Shown here: positions 41,722 to 55,825 of the stretch, in pieces | Layout of the letters: each line of letters starts with the position of its first letter | Position numbering within the stretch: position 1 is the first letter of the stretch | DNA from: Lytechinus pictus | Lineage: Eukaryota | NCBI RefSeq assembly: GCF_037042905.1 | Contig: NC_087252.1 | Span: 15,502,001 to 15,566,000 of the forward strand | Length of the DNA: 64,000 nucleotides | Reading direction: 5' to 3' | The notes under the pieces: model-generated | What the model saw: the letters and a program-made list of their open reading frames with translations, nothing else | Told to the model about the DNA's origin: nothing | Databases searched by the model: none | Position numbers and translations under genes: made by a program

Positions 41722-41951
41722 TTAGAGGCATATAATACTGATATAGATCAATTAAAATAAGAAAAACAAAGCCTTGAATATATCAGGATTGCTAGTTTCA
41801 CATCTAAAGTAGATAACAAGGTTTGGTGATACAAGATTATGTCAGTTGGTATGTGCGTGTGTATGTGTGTGTGTATGAAGTAATCATGATGGTGCAGAGA
41901 GTGAGAATGAGACATAGAGAGATAGAGAAAAAAAAAGAGAGGGGGTAGATC

Positions 41952-42112
41952 AGGGGAGCGTTTCATGAAGGACTTGTCGGACGTTTTATCCGACAAGTCC
42001 CATTTTATCCGACAGTTACCATAGTAACAGTACGTCTCAGCCAATCAACATCAGAGAAAGATGTCAGATCTGACAACTTGTCGGATGAAAATGTTGATGA
42101 AACACTTCCCTG
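41952..42112. mobile_element. 160-bp MITE with tccgacaagt repeats
   Basis: caggggagcgtttcat / atgaaacacttccctg inverted ends. Confidence 0.75.
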
Positions 42113-42357
42113 GTTCACCGAGTTGTCAGATGCTTTCTGGCCTGTACATAAAGTGAACAAGAGCTGGCGCTATGCATGTTGGTTGATGAATTGACTTTGG
42201 CTATTACAGAGGGGTGAGTGGTTCGGCTGAGCGCATGGCAGAGCAGTGATATTATGTTTTGTTGTAGTGCTTGTTTCTCTTTGGAAATCTATGAATCAAG
42301 TGATTTTTATGCACTGATTAATGATAATTGCAAATGTATTTTTATTTTGCATTGAAG

Positions 42358-42538
42358 TGATAACGTTTCTTAATCTGATGTAAAATGATACTTCCATTCA
42401 TGAACATGCATTTTTTCTCTCTCTTTTGCTTCACTGTACTTCACTCTTATTTTATGTCTAATTTCGATTTTTTTTTGTGTATGTTTTCATTTCATGAACT
42501 CATCAACCTTCTCGATGGGATAAACACAATAGGTAAGA
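42358..42538 (+). other. Candidate recursive splice site tAG|GTAAGA
   Basis: 173-nt AG-free T/C-rich zone 42358-42530 with branch-like CTAAT, AG 42531-42532, GTAAGA 42533-42538; downstream donor GTGAGT at 42670. Confidence 0.5.
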
Positions 42539-44251
42539 CACATTTTCTGTTTTTTTCTGTCAGTGTTTGTCTAGGTTGTAATAATGTTTATTGTAATTTG
42601 ATATTTTTGTGGAAAGCCCTGATTTTAATGTTACTGAAGGGAATTGGTTATAGTTGGTCAATAGAGAATGTGAGTTTAGGTTCAAATAGATAAGGAAATA
42701 TTGATTTGTACATATTTTGGTATGTTTTAGAAATTCAATTTTCTATTTCATCCCCGTTCAAACATACCACAAAGTGATATAAATCAGATACAAATTTAAG
42801 AATTGATATTAAAAAAAACAGAATGAAAAAAATCATGTGGAAATGATCGACACACTGAAATAAATCACAAATAATATGTTTATAAGGTATTAAGTATAAA
42901 AGAAAAGGAGAATAGAATTGAAATAAAAAGGAATTTGAAGGTAGAAAAAAATTATCTTTTGAAACTTCAACCTAATTTCACTACTGTCAAGTGAGTATAC
43001 AGTGTGTGGATGAACGAATATTTGTTTTGGCTATTACTAAACTGGAATAGAGAGAGAGAGAGAGAGAGAAAGGAAGAATGAAGAGAAACAAACAAAGAAA
43101 AAAGGTTTGGGGAATCGAGGAATAAAAGAAGTGAGAGAGGGGGAAAAAGGGGAAAGAGATAATGAAAAAGATAGAGGGAGAGAGGGGGGGGGGGTTTGAA
43201 GAATAACATGAGTGGAGGAAGGAGAAAGAGAAAGAGAGACAGAACGAGCAAGCTTGGAGGGCTGGGATATGGGTGAGTAGATGAGTTTTGTTTAATGAGA
43301 TATAAAGATAGAGGCAATCCAGGTACTTGGATATTTCATGCTGTAAAAGAAAATAGTTGGAGACCAGAGGAAGCAGTCAAGGAAAATATGATTTGGAAAA
43401 AAGAACAACTAAAATTAGCAACAATTGGGGAAAGAAATCTGAATAAGGCTGAGAATATTCACTCGCTCCAAAAAATGTCATGACTTTTTTTTCCAGCAAG
43501 TGGAAAGATGAATAGCCCCATCTATGGTTTGAAGTTTGTACATGCTTTCAAATTTCTCTTTGATTGACAGTTTGGCGAGTAGATAGTTGTACAGTTGGAA
43601 GTAAAAGAGCGCCATCTATCAAAGTTATACTTACAGGCTTGTCCTAGGATCATCCTGTCTTTACTTTTCCTAACTTATGTTTTTATCATCTTATTTTGTC
43701 ATTTCTTATGCCCAAGTTCAGTTCTGTATTATGCATTCTACCTCAGTAATGTGTGCTTCATAGAACTGCTTTAGCTCAGCAGAATAAATTTATTCAATAT
43801 TTATATCACAAATGTTTTGTAACAATATTCATTTTTAATTTTCTTTTCAAGTACTGTGCTTGATTTGATTTAGTTTTATTCACACATTTTATATTTTGAT
43901 ATTTCTCAATCATTTATCAGTACATACTTGAGATATTCAGGAACACTATAGAAAATGATTATTGATTAGAAAACAAATTGCATTGTTAAAACTGTAGTCA
44001 ATTATTTAGTGATCCCTTTCTTCTTGAAAATAAAATAATATATAAATAATTTATGATATCATTGGAGGAGACTGCACTGTGTTTAGGCAAGCATTATTAG
44101 ATGAGATGGTTTTGTTAGAAAATTGTGATATAGATCCTATTCAAATGATTGGCTGAAATCTATCACATGACCACTCATGTAGTTTAGGAAAGTTTGCTAA
44201 TGACTGGTACTTATAACTAGTACTATTGACCGGTTATGATTTTGAGACGTA

Positions 44252-44513
44252 CATCCACATCACTATCTTATAAAACAAATAATGCACATCAGTTTGCTCA
44301 GACACTAGAATACTTACACACTATGGTTACCTTTATTGTCCATCCATATCACTATTTTATAAAACAAATAATGCACACCATTTTGCTCAGACACTAGAAT
44401 ACTTACACACTATGGTTACCTTTGATGTCCATCCACATCACTATCTAATAAAACAAATAATGCACATCAGTTTGCTCAGACACTATAATAATTACACACC
44501 ATGGTTACCTTTG
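44252..44513. repeat. 89-bp tandem repeat, 3 copies
   Basis: catcca(c/t)atcactat... units start at 44252, 44341, 44430. Confidence 0.92.
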
Positions 44514-45629
44514 AAACAGTCCAAATGCCCTCGGCTATTCCTCAGGCATGCCAGAACAGTTCCAAAGGCACCTCATGCATATAATTCTCACTAGTGCCCT
44601 CAATAATGTGCATTATTTGATACTATGAACACTCCATGGAGGGGGATGGTACATTGGGTCCACATAGATATATACGAAGAACATGCCAGAGGCTTTCTGG
44701 TTATTCCATTGTAAATAGTGAATGGTTCAACGTTCACCTGTTATTGGTAAGCTGTAATGTAAGATTCCTGTGAAGTATGCCTTGGCGGAAAACCCGAGCT
44801 ATAAATGTTTTCAACTCGCCCTGAGTCATACCCGTCCCCATTCATAAGCATTGCTGTAACTGGAATATCAACTTTTCCTCAATTGTTTTTTTCTTCTCCA
44901 TTCTCATTCATTATTGCCCTAAAAATGTCAATTCATGGTTGTGGAGTTCTTATGACTGTACTCGCTAATTTCAATGGCCATACTTTGTTGCAGTCATCGC
45001 ATACATACATTTAATTCAACATTTTAAAAAATGAGGGCAGTTCAGATAAAAGCTGTGTTTTATAAATATGGAAACTACATACTGTCTAAAAAATAGGCTT
45101 GTGATTCCTGTGAATTGAGCTATGTTTGAGCTGTTCTTATTATTATTTTTTTTATAGATTTGATGCTTTAAACACCCCACCAATGATAAGTAGCTTTAAT
45201 GATCATTTTTATGCGCAGCTTAAAAGCAGTCTTGATCAAACATGGGAACCTTCTCCAACCGATCAGAACCACGCTTCAGCCGATTCCGCACCTTTTACCC
45301 CGCCACTTGTTGAAAAACAGCCCTATTTTGATCTTAGCTCGGGGCAAGGCACCAAACTTTGCCCTTTTATCCCCACATCACCGGAGACACCTCCCCCTAA
45401 GCTATGCGTAGGGATGCATGACATTCACTTTTCATTCTAAAGTGCATGAACTGAAGGTCCCCTAGTGCCCCCTTCTCATAAATAAAAAGGTGTTAGCTCT
45501 GTTACCCTTCTCTCGTAAACAAATGAGAGGAGGGCTCGAAAGCTGAATGGATGCAAGTTTGGAGTCTGTTAGGCAGAAATGCTTTTTAAGAATTGGTGGG
45601 GGGGGGGGGGGGGAGGTGATGTGTGCTTC

Positions 45630-45915
45630 GTTATGAGCCTTCTTTTCAGTTTGAATTTTTCAGTTTATTATTAATGATGATAATGAGGGGGAGGGGGTAT
45701 TGTTAGTTGTGGGCGTTCGTTTCAGTTTGATTCCTTCAGTTTACCATTAATGATGATAATGTGTGTGTGTATGGGGGGTGTTGTTAGTGATAGGCCTTCT
45801 TTCAGTTTGAATTCTTAAGTTTATTATTAATAAGAATAATTGGGGGGGGGATGGGTATATAGTCAATTGGTGAATTTTTAGCCCTTTTTAGTTTGAATTC
45901 TTCAGTTTATTTTCC
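45630..45915. repeat. ~75-bp diverged tandem repeat, 4 copies
   Basis: ttcagtttgaattcttcagtttattattaatgatgataat recurs. Confidence 0.8.
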
Positions 45916-47267
45916 TTGTATAATTGTTTATTATGCACTTACCCTTACTCAATCTTCTTAGCCAATACTACTATAACGGTGCTAAGTTAAATGATTTTAT
46001 GCAAGTTAGAAAATCATAGCTTAGTTTTAAGGGAAGTTCTTCCTCACGTTTGTTAGTTTTAATAAAAAGAGATGAAAAAGTTATTAAATAAATCGTTATA
46101 GTCAATTTGAGTTGATTGAAGATAAAAAGGGGCATGGGAGCCCTTAATTATTTTCTTTCAGCGACACTTCTCTGAAAATAACTCTTACCTCCGAAGCACA
46201 ACTATGAAAATACTCAAGGAGTTTGAAAAGAAAGTATGCTGTCTTAAGTAGATAGCAAGCTCTTTTTGGGTTTCGCCAAGCGCATTGCTAAAACAACACA
46301 CTCGTCTCAATAAGGCCTTGCCTGATCATATTCTGGAGTTGCTGTACAAAGACGTCTCTGCCAATATACTTTTCTCGCTCTCTTATCGCCCCCTAAGATC
46401 AGAAGTTTGCCAGGAAACGGGGTCTCTCCTTTCTTGAGTGTAATACTAGGATGGGTGCTCCGTCACTCTCTCCTCGGGGAATGCATCCCATCGGAGGAGG
46501 GTTATCGGCCCTGCGATCTCCTCCCAAAAGCTTTTTATTTTGCTCATATTTTATGTCTTCACATTCACCCAGTGCCACTGTTTAATCCTCTATTACGTCT
46601 TGAGCATTATTTGGTATTTTGTTGCGATTAACCCCTCGACTACTGAATTATTTTCATCCTAATAGGCTTTGTACATGGATTATCCGGTTTCAGTAAATAA
46701 AAGGTTATATGAATGATATGCTTTTTGGATTGCATTTGTATTTATTAAGAATAAGAGTGATGATGGTCCACATAGTTTCCTCTATTTTTTTTCTCTAAAT
46801 ATTCTAAATTTGTTTGACTATTTCCTCTATTAATAGTTACGATCATTATGGAGCAAGAATAAAGATTTTGATGGATAGTCTTGACTTGATAGACAAAGCA
46901 AAGAATGTGTGAATGCATGAAGGAAGAGGAGGAGGAAGAGGAAGGGGCGATGAAGATAGATAGGCCTAGAGTGTAACAGCACCATTCATCTATCTTTGTC
47001 TGCACTAGCCCCCTCTAGTGTCTGTTTTGGGTCAACTTTATTCATGTCCTGCTTGACAAGAAGTTTGCGACAGTTTGATTAATATCAGTCAAATGATTGT
47101 GTTACTTTTGATCTTTTAACACACAATTCATATAAAGCATTATCATGCACTAAAGCTGATATTCTTGATACCACTTCTACTTCGGAAAATTAAGAAAAAA
47201 AGAGATAAGATAACACTTTGTTTATTGTTGTTTGGGAGAGGAGTTGTCCTTGACAAAAAATTTGACT

Positions 47268-47322
47268 TCATCATCATAATCATCATGATCATCGCCAGCA
47301 TCGTCATCAATATCATCATCAT

Positions 47323-47354
<32 letters not shown>

Positions 47355-47440
47355 TCAACATCATCAACATATTCATCACCAGCATCATCATCATCATCGC
47401 CATCATCGTCATCATCATCATCACCACCACCAACATCATT
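47268..47440. repeat. (CAT)n microsatellite, followed by a partial family A MITE (to ~47560)
   Basis: Visible trinucleotide run; then ttaacactctgtggtgttatgtt... Confidence 0.85.
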
Positions 47441-48449
47441 ACTTTAACACTCTGTGGTGTTATGTTAAAACTCTTGGGTGCAATTTTAGCACCTTACAGT
47501 GTGGTCCTGTATGGACATCAACTGGTGTTTGTTCTAACACCCAAATATTTATCATTTCATGCTGTATATCAAAGTCAACACAATGTGAGGGTGGAGTATC
47601 CCTTTAAAAGATGTAAAGTACATGTTATCATCTATCTTTGGTGAGCGAACCCTCCTCTGACAAGCTGGAGCTCGGCAAGCCGAAAACATAGACTATATCT
47701 TCTTATCAAGCCCGAGGGTGCGTTTCCGGGGTCTTCACGATCAGTCAGAGACGATTACGACTCGATGCGCGCCATCTTTCACGGGGGGCCCCTCTCGGTG
47801 TTTGGTTTCGGGCTCGGCGTTGCGAGAAACGGGTCGCTGGCAGACAGGTGCTCTGGGATGGACGCTCCATTTCACGGCAGGAGAAAAGCTGGGATGGAGG
47901 GAGCGTTTGAGAGACAAGTAAAGATGGGATGATGATGATGAGACAGAAGATAAGGAGTGGGTGGACTTATCATCCAGTGCGCATCTTCAAATTAACTAGG
48001 GCTCTGTCTTTCTATTTCTGCCTGAGATAAGTAACCCTTAAAAGTGAGGATGGATGATGACTTTGATAATCTTTTTCATTTCTTTTTCCTTAAAAATTCT
48101 CCATTTCCATCTTATCTTTCTCTCTTCATGTAGCGCTCTTATTACTTTGCCCTCATTTTTGTCTTGCAAATTTTACATAACATTGTGCAAATTTGATTAA
48201 TAAGCTGAACTAATTTTGTACTTCTAGTTAAATGTGGATTTGAATAATTGAATTACCTGTTAGTAATGCCATTGTTCCAATGCCTCTATTGGCTAATGAA
48301 CAGTTTAGTTCAGTTCAACTTTATTCAAGTCCAATCTTAAAAACACTTCACAAAACATTGAATAAAAACATGCAATTCAAACTAAAATAAAGCTATCGAA
48401 TAATATGTAAGTTGGTATGGATAGTTTATTAAAATTAGGTAGGTACAAC

Positions 48450-48692
48450 TGTTAAAACAACACTGTTTAAAAAACTTATACAATGACGTTTACTATATTA
48501 AGGTTACAGTAGTTGTTTAACAGTGTAAACAAGTGTTTAAAATTTTAGACAACCATGCTAACAAATATAAAACAATTGAACTTTCTTGTGTAAGATTTCA
48601 AACACTTGTTTAAACTGTTAAAAAACTACTGTAAAGTGTATATAGTTAACAACATTGTCTAAAAATATTAAACAACATTTTTACTTGGTACA
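48450..48692. mobile_element. MITE family D (tgtttaaac-rich)
   Basis: Palindromic structure; related copy at 51190-51422 (aaacacttgtttaaac...aaaactactgtaa). Confidence 0.65.
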
Positions 48693-51600
48693 CAGACTCT
48701 ATACAAAGAAGGAGAATGAGATTAGATATTGAATGTGTACTGTTCCAAACCTAACACTTCAATCTATCACCATTCTTAAATTAAATAACTTTGTCTAGAA
48801 GTTTGATAAATGCAACCGAGTATTTTTGAATAACTCGAACAAACTCTGCTGCTTTCATTATCGAAAGGAGTCTATAATAAGGCTTCTTTCTTGTTGATAT
48901 TTCTTGGCAGATTTGGAAGTTCGTCAGCGACTGATGACATTTGATGAGAGGCTTTTAATCTTGTAATCTCAGACATCTTTTCATTATTTTTCACCCTTAA
49001 ACCCGCCGCCGTCACCTTCGGACGAGCTTAGGTACACTCCCTTATCACACACCATCTATGTTCAGTGTACGTCCACACTTGTTTACCCTGTAAAACTATT
49101 CTTAATTAAATACCAAGGCAAGATAGTTTGATTTCAACTTGAGGAGGACTCTCAGATGCGACCTTGAAGTCTGTGGATCCATTACCCAGTCAATGCCCTC
49201 TGTTAAATTGTCTTTCTCCATCTCGTCTCGAATCTTCCATCCTCTGATTCCGCCTCCCTCTCAATTTATAGTATTCCATGCAACCCTTCTCCCGAGGAAA
49301 GTAGTCTGCTGTGCAAACCCTTCATTCGAGCTAAGGGTCTGAACGTGCAGCCTATAATGCCATGTGTACTGAAGGCCCTTCGAACAGCAAGATTTATATG
49401 TGCTAGACCTTGCGTGGAGACCCACTTGGTTGATCAAAGTTTCAATCAGGGTCTGTGCCTGCTGACTAGGAGGAAAGTGGTCTGAAAATGCAGCCTGATA
49501 TGTCCTTTGCAGTGACAGGTGGGCAGAAGATAGTCCTTCTCGTTCAGAAATTGAAACAGAAAGTTTTAATTTTGCCGGTCTTGTGTCAAGACCCACTTGT
49601 TGATCAGAGTTTCGATCAGGGTCTGTGCCTGCAGACTACTCAATTGATATATTGTTCCTTTTGATTAGTCTTATATCAGACTCTCTTTTTCTCCTGCTCT
49701 TTCTTCAGCCCTTTGCTTTGATTTCTTGTCCCTATACTCTCTGATTTTTTTTAACCAACCAAAAAAGTTTGTTAAAATGTGGACTGACCAACTGTTGGTA
49801 AAAAAAATAAGTTGATTTTACATGACATTTGATTTTAACCAACAGTCAGTTCATATTTGAACCGACTTACAGGTTGGTTAAAAATATTTTGAGCCTGTAA
49901 TATTTCTTTCTGGTCAACATCCTAACTATTTCTCATTCCCCCTCTACTTTCACCATAATCAATTTGTGAAATCTGATTACTTCTGTTTGTAAGCAAAACT
50001 TTAATGTCTGCAGTTCTGAGGAGGTTAATGTTTACTGTTATCACTTGTGTAATTTTCTAATTGATTACATGTGTGTTTTGTTGTAAGTTGTATGCGCATC
50101 TCTCATTATCTCTTCATATTTTTTATGTTGTGTGCGTCCTCCCAATTTGTGATCTTGTTTGTTCTTCCTACACATTGCTGACTTCTCTCTCATCTATATC
50201 CCTCTCTCTGTCTTTCTCTCTCTCTTCTTTCTGTCTTGTCCTATTTTTTCATTTCCCTCTATTTTTTGCATTTTGCATTATGCTTCCTTTCCTGTAGCAC
50301 TTGATCAATACTTTAAAGACCGAAACCTCATGGAAAATACCATTCAATAGTGTGACTTTTCTTTTGAAAATGTACAACTAATTTTAAAATACACTTCTTT
50401 ATAAAATGTTTGATTATATTACAAGTTACATGTTCCAAATACTACAAAGACTGAAACTGCATGGAAAAGACCATTCAATAGTGTGACTTGCATGAATAAT
50501 TTCATTTTTCTTTTGAAAATGTACAACTAATTTCAAAATACACTTCTTTATAAAATGTTTTATTGTATTCCAAGTTACAATTTTTAAATTCCAATGAAAA
50601 GATCAAAGTTGAAAAACCAAATGCCTTCTTTAATCTATTCCCTAATCCCCAAATCAGAGAGGTTTATGATCCTAAATAGCCCCAGAGATGCACGGGTATC
50701 CAATCGTACCAACCTTAATAAAATGTGAAAAGTTAACTAAAATGCCCATTACGGGTTGCCTCATGCATTTTGGGGAATCCTTTACAAACATCCGCGCCGT
50801 CTGGGCTTCCAGAATAGCCGAGATTCTACCCTCTCCCTGGTTCCGCGATCCTGCTAAAAAATTGGATGAAATTTGCGAGTCGCCTTGGGGTCCCCGACTG
50901 TCCTTTCTAATAAGGAAACGGGACAAATCTAATCGAGGTGATTGTATGCATAAAAACCCTTATAAGATATCACGTTACATCCTTGACTATGGGTATGTTT
51001 CCCCTTCATAGGTTGCATGTTTAAACATTAAAACACAACAGGGATGGAAGGGGAGAAGTTGTTTAAGCATCAGACATTAATTCATTAAAAAATATTGCTC
51101 TTAAAGATGAGATCTGGTCATGGGATGAAATTGTGGATGAAACCGCTTTAGAGTCTCTAACAAAAGAAATGGAAGAAGAGAGGTTGCTTAAACAGTAAAA
51201 ACGCTGTTTAAACTTTTACACAACACCGTTTCCTATATGAATATTGCAGTAGTTGCTTAAGAGTTTAAACAACCATGCTTAATGTATTGAGAATTAAATA
51301 TGGCATATTCAACTTTGTTATTTAAGATTTTAAACACTTGTTTAAACCATTTAAAAAACTACTGTAAGGTTTATATAGTAAATAGCCTTGTATAAAAATG
51401 TTAAACAACATTTAGAGCAGTGAGATCTCAAGGAATGGTGTGTGATACCCCTTTAAAGCAATAACAGTTAGATCACTAGGAGTGGTGTAACTTGTATAGG
51501 CTGGTAATTTAGTTTAGCCCGTGGCTCATGCATTAAATTGAAGGTATAATTAGGACAGTGTGAGTATCATTTTTCATGCTGAAGTGTGAGCCCTTGATTG

Positions 51601-52159
51601 TCAAGTGTGCTTTGAGTCGAGATGACTGCACGGACATGCTCGATTGTCAGAATTATACCGATTGTTCCCGACAAATTATGGCTGCGATGAGACGCAATGC
51701 CTTCCGTCACTCTTGTACCGTGTTTAAGCCTGTGGGGGTGTGTTTGCCTTAATGAGGTAAAGTCAACGTTGGACACGATGAATATATTAAGTTATGGAAA
51801 TAATACCCCATCAAGTTCTTCTTCTCTTTCGATTCTACATCCTCGTGCTGTAATTCTATCTAGCATTACCACTTTAGTTTTTATTACGTCTTGGTTATGT
51901 TTATCATTCTTTAATTCATAATTTCTCTTTCTTTTAGTGTAATTTGGTTATTTGACCCGGCATGTCAATTTAATTCTATTGGTTATGTTTGATTGCTTGC
52001 TCATCTCTCGATTAAATTTGTGATTTGTGATTTTGAGGTTTACTGTTGCCGTCTGTGTAATTATTATAATGTATGTAATATTTATCGTACTTATTATCAT
52101 GTTCTTTATCATTATCATCATGGAGATCAAAGCCTTATCATATGAACTGCCACCACCGT

Positions 52160-52500
52160 GTACATCATTGTCATTGTCATCATCATTTTTTTGTCGTCCT
52201 CACAATCATCATTGCCATCATCTTATTATCATCATCATCATCATCACCATCATCATCACCACCACCACCATCATCATCATCTATATCGTTATCATCATTA
52301 TTATCTTCATTGTTATCATCATCAGTATCATCAATGTCATCATCATCTATATCGTTGTTATCATCAATGCCATCATCATCATCATCATCATTTATGCTCA
52401 ATTACTGTAGACCCGTTAAAGACTTCTAATAAAGTAAGTTGTAAGTGCTATATAAGCAAGTATAATTGCTATCATCATTGTCATCATCATTGACACTATG
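52160..52500. repeat. Degenerate (CAT)n microsatellite
   Basis: Visible trinucleotide run. Confidence 0.9.
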
Positions 52501-55304
52501 GCATCGTCAATATCACCATCGTTCTGCCATTCCTGTGTCAGAGATATACCTTTGTAAATTTGTAGCCCGTTTATCTTGATGCCATTCAGCACAATGAGAG
52601 AGAGAACTTGTATATTATTATGATTGATGTTGTCATGAATTTCATTGTTTTCATCTGAACTGTTGATGAATTCCTACAAAAGTTTGTACTGGATGCGAAG
52701 CAGCTTCCCAAGAGGTCAACATCTTCATCTTTATTCCTCCACCTCCACCATCGCTACATTGCCTAAGAATCACCCTCTGCACCCCACCGAGAATTCCCTT
52801 CCCAACAATTACCTCCAAATTTAGCCGTGGAAACAACAGGTCCCCGCGTGCTGTTTTTCTTCTGGAATAAGCAATTTTCTGCAATTTGCCTCTTGTTTTG
52901 AAGACCCACAAAGCAGGGTGGCCGCTGCGGGGATTGCGGGGAGGATCGCAAAGAAGAGCAAAGGCTGCTCGTTAAACCGCCACGCTGTGAAGGGAAGAGA
53001 TAGCGGAATTGCGAGTTAATGGTTGCCATGGCGATTAGGAGATCCTCAGGTGGGGTTCTCGACAGGTGTATGGTTTGGAGGGTGTGGATGTCAAAGATTG
53101 TCCATCCAATCAAACACTTCCAATGCTAAATGAAAGCTTGCAGTTGTTCACTTACAATCTATGATCTTTAATATGGGACGTCTTTGTTTATAAGGATAGA
53201 ATGGCATCTTGAAAAAGGGCAATTATCTCAATAATAAGATAATTGGCCCCGTAAGAGTTCAACTAGTGTAACTATATGAAGAAAGCCCCCCCCCCCCTAA
53301 AAAAAACTGGAAAAAAACCCCAGAAATAAAGGAAATTATCTTCTAAAATAGGAAGAAATATACCATTAAAAGTGAGACAAGTTGATGATGGAATTACTAT
53401 GATATTACTTTTTCAGAGAGACTAAGAACTCTTACATTAGAAAAAAAAGAAAATAAAAATCATTCAGGAAAAGAAATTAAACACCTTAACTTTCCAGACA
53501 TATTGAGAACAGGACCCTCGGATGAAAATGTCAATTTGAGATGCAAAACTAGAGCATTTTTGCTTTTTGTATGATGGAAGGAGAGACGTCGAAAGCGAGA
53601 AATTAAAATTTGTACAGTGATGCAGATGCTTTACTCGTATTACCATCCTCTGTTTCCTTTTTCTTTCATCTCTTTCTTGTTTTCTCCCGAGGAGAAATTC
53701 TCACTCACTTTTTGATATGAGAAGTATTATAAAAAAGGTTGAAACATGTTCTGCAAATCGGATGCTTAACTCTTCAAAGAGGATGCAACAGGGCATGATG
53801 GTGTGGTTGGAAAACGTTCATCAAGTTTGACTTATTTCTGCTTGCTGCTTCTGGCTTTCTTTGAAATGATTGGAGATTTCTTGTTCAAAGGCCTGTAACA
53901 CAAAGCATAAAGACTGAACATACTTTTGCTTTTTACGCTTGATTTTCCATTGCAGTCAATGCAACCAATCGTACAAATTTGTTCCGTGATCGATTTGTAA
54001 GTTTTGTGCTACCTGGTCCAGATCATGATGAGATCAAATTGGGGTTAGATTACACCGAGCATCTCCCACTCCGACATTGCTATAATCTCCACCCCGGCAG
54101 CCAGCGCCTGCCCGCTTCCTCGTCAATGACGGCAGCACAGGTATCTCATTTTTCATTGCCTGGGATTATCCCCCATCACCTTCCCCTCCCCTCTGTTTCC
54201 CATCGTCCCCCATGATACCCCCTTGCTAAGTGGGATGGGTTACCAAGGGGATGGGCTGTCTTTTATACTCTGCCCTCCTCTGTCGCCTCAGACTGGATAT
54301 TGTACCCCCTTGCTCAGATTACCAATATCCTGCATTTTCATGGATACGGGACCAGAGATGTGAAAGAGATGGAGGAGGAAGAGGAGGAGGATGCGCACTT
54401 GCAGGTGTCGATCCGGTGGAGTTTACAGCTGCTAACTCCGCAGATGAAATCTCATTTATTGATTCATTCTTGGATATTTCGAATTGATGCTGTATAATAA
54501 TAAAATAAAGTGACAGACCGCTCGAAGAGGAATGGAAAGTTTTGATGGAGTTGAGGAAAAGTCACCAAAACTTGTTTGCGACTAAATAATCTTTCTGTCT
54601 AATCGGTGGTCTAATTAGTGGTGAGGCATGACGAATGGGAGGAAAATTGATAATATGTTTAATTTGTTTACCTGTGCTTTTTGTATAAGATAGTGAAATA
54701 ACCAAATGGAATAAACATGAATAAATTGAAGTAATGTTAGAGAAGCAAATAAAATAAGGGGATATAAATGAGTCAGAGAAAGAAGAAGGGGAAAATGAAG
54801 AGGATAAAGGAGCATGATAAAACAGCAAAAGAGAAAAAGCAAACAAACTTAATTTAGGAAATACAAAGAAATGAGATGATGGTGAAATGGAGAAGGAAGA
54901 GGTGTGGGGGAGGAAGAAGTAAGAAGAAGAAAGAAAAGGAGATGATTAAGAATGAAGGGAGGAGGAGGAGAAAGGAGAATGCGAACAACTAAAAAAAAGA
55001 GATAAAGAACATAATTTCAGAAATAACAAAGCAAGAAAATGACGAGGAAGAGATAGAAGGAAACAAAAAAATTTAAGAAAAAATAAATGAAGGTAAAGTG
55101 AAAAAGAATGAGGAAGGGGAAGAAGTGGAGAAAAGAATGGAAAATTAAAGAAGGAAAAAGAAATAAAATGTAGGTTAAAAGAAAGAGAATGACGAAGGGG
55201 AAGAAGGAGTGAAAAAAAAAGGAACACAAAAGAGGAAGATAATGAAGGTAAAAAGAATAAGAAGCTGGGGTTGAGGGGGGACATATCATGCCCCTAAAAA
55301 CTAG

Positions 55305-55825
55305 GGGTGCGTTTATCCGCCACTTTTTTACCCTATAATCATGATTCCAATCATGATTCAAATCACGATTCTGCAGAATCACGATTGCGTTTAGTCGAAA
55401 TTGAATATAATCATGATTAGAATCACAAACATGAACTACGAAAAAAAGGGCGTTTGGAAAGACGTTTCTGCAGAATCACGTACGAAAATGTTCGGATAAA
55501 CGATATCGTGATTTGAATCATGATTATATGACGTCATTGTGTCGAGCTATTTCCGGTTCTTGCCAAGGCGCGCGCCCCACGTTGTCACATCACATGTACG
55601 TCGCCGACCTCCAATTAAGTGTCCAACGTTGACCTATACTTCCTGGGTCAAACTGCGCACTGTGATGCGCACTGGATCGGTCCGAATCCGAGGAGAAACA
55701 GCGTTGGAACGAAGGTCGTCTAAACCCTGATTCTGTAGTAATTGTGATTCATGTTTGTGATTTGAATCATGATTCCAATCATGATTCAAATCACGATTCT
55801 GGCTTGAGGTCGGATAAACGCAGCC
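55305..55825. mobile_element. ~520-bp MITE with aatcatgatt palindromic subterminal repeats
   Basis: TIR gggtgcgtttatccg / cggataaacgcagcc; aatcatgattccaatcatgattcaaatcacgattctg near both ends. Confidence 0.8.

Noticed and set aside
45126..45440. Pro/Ser-rich ORF after a ttttatAG acceptor
   Set aside because: No recognisable homology and no good donor; cannot be distinguished from chance
52390..52445. 23-nt microexon ctgtAG...aaa|GTAAGT
   Set aside because: Embedded in a (CAT)n or retroposon-tail-like context with no real polypyrimidine tract
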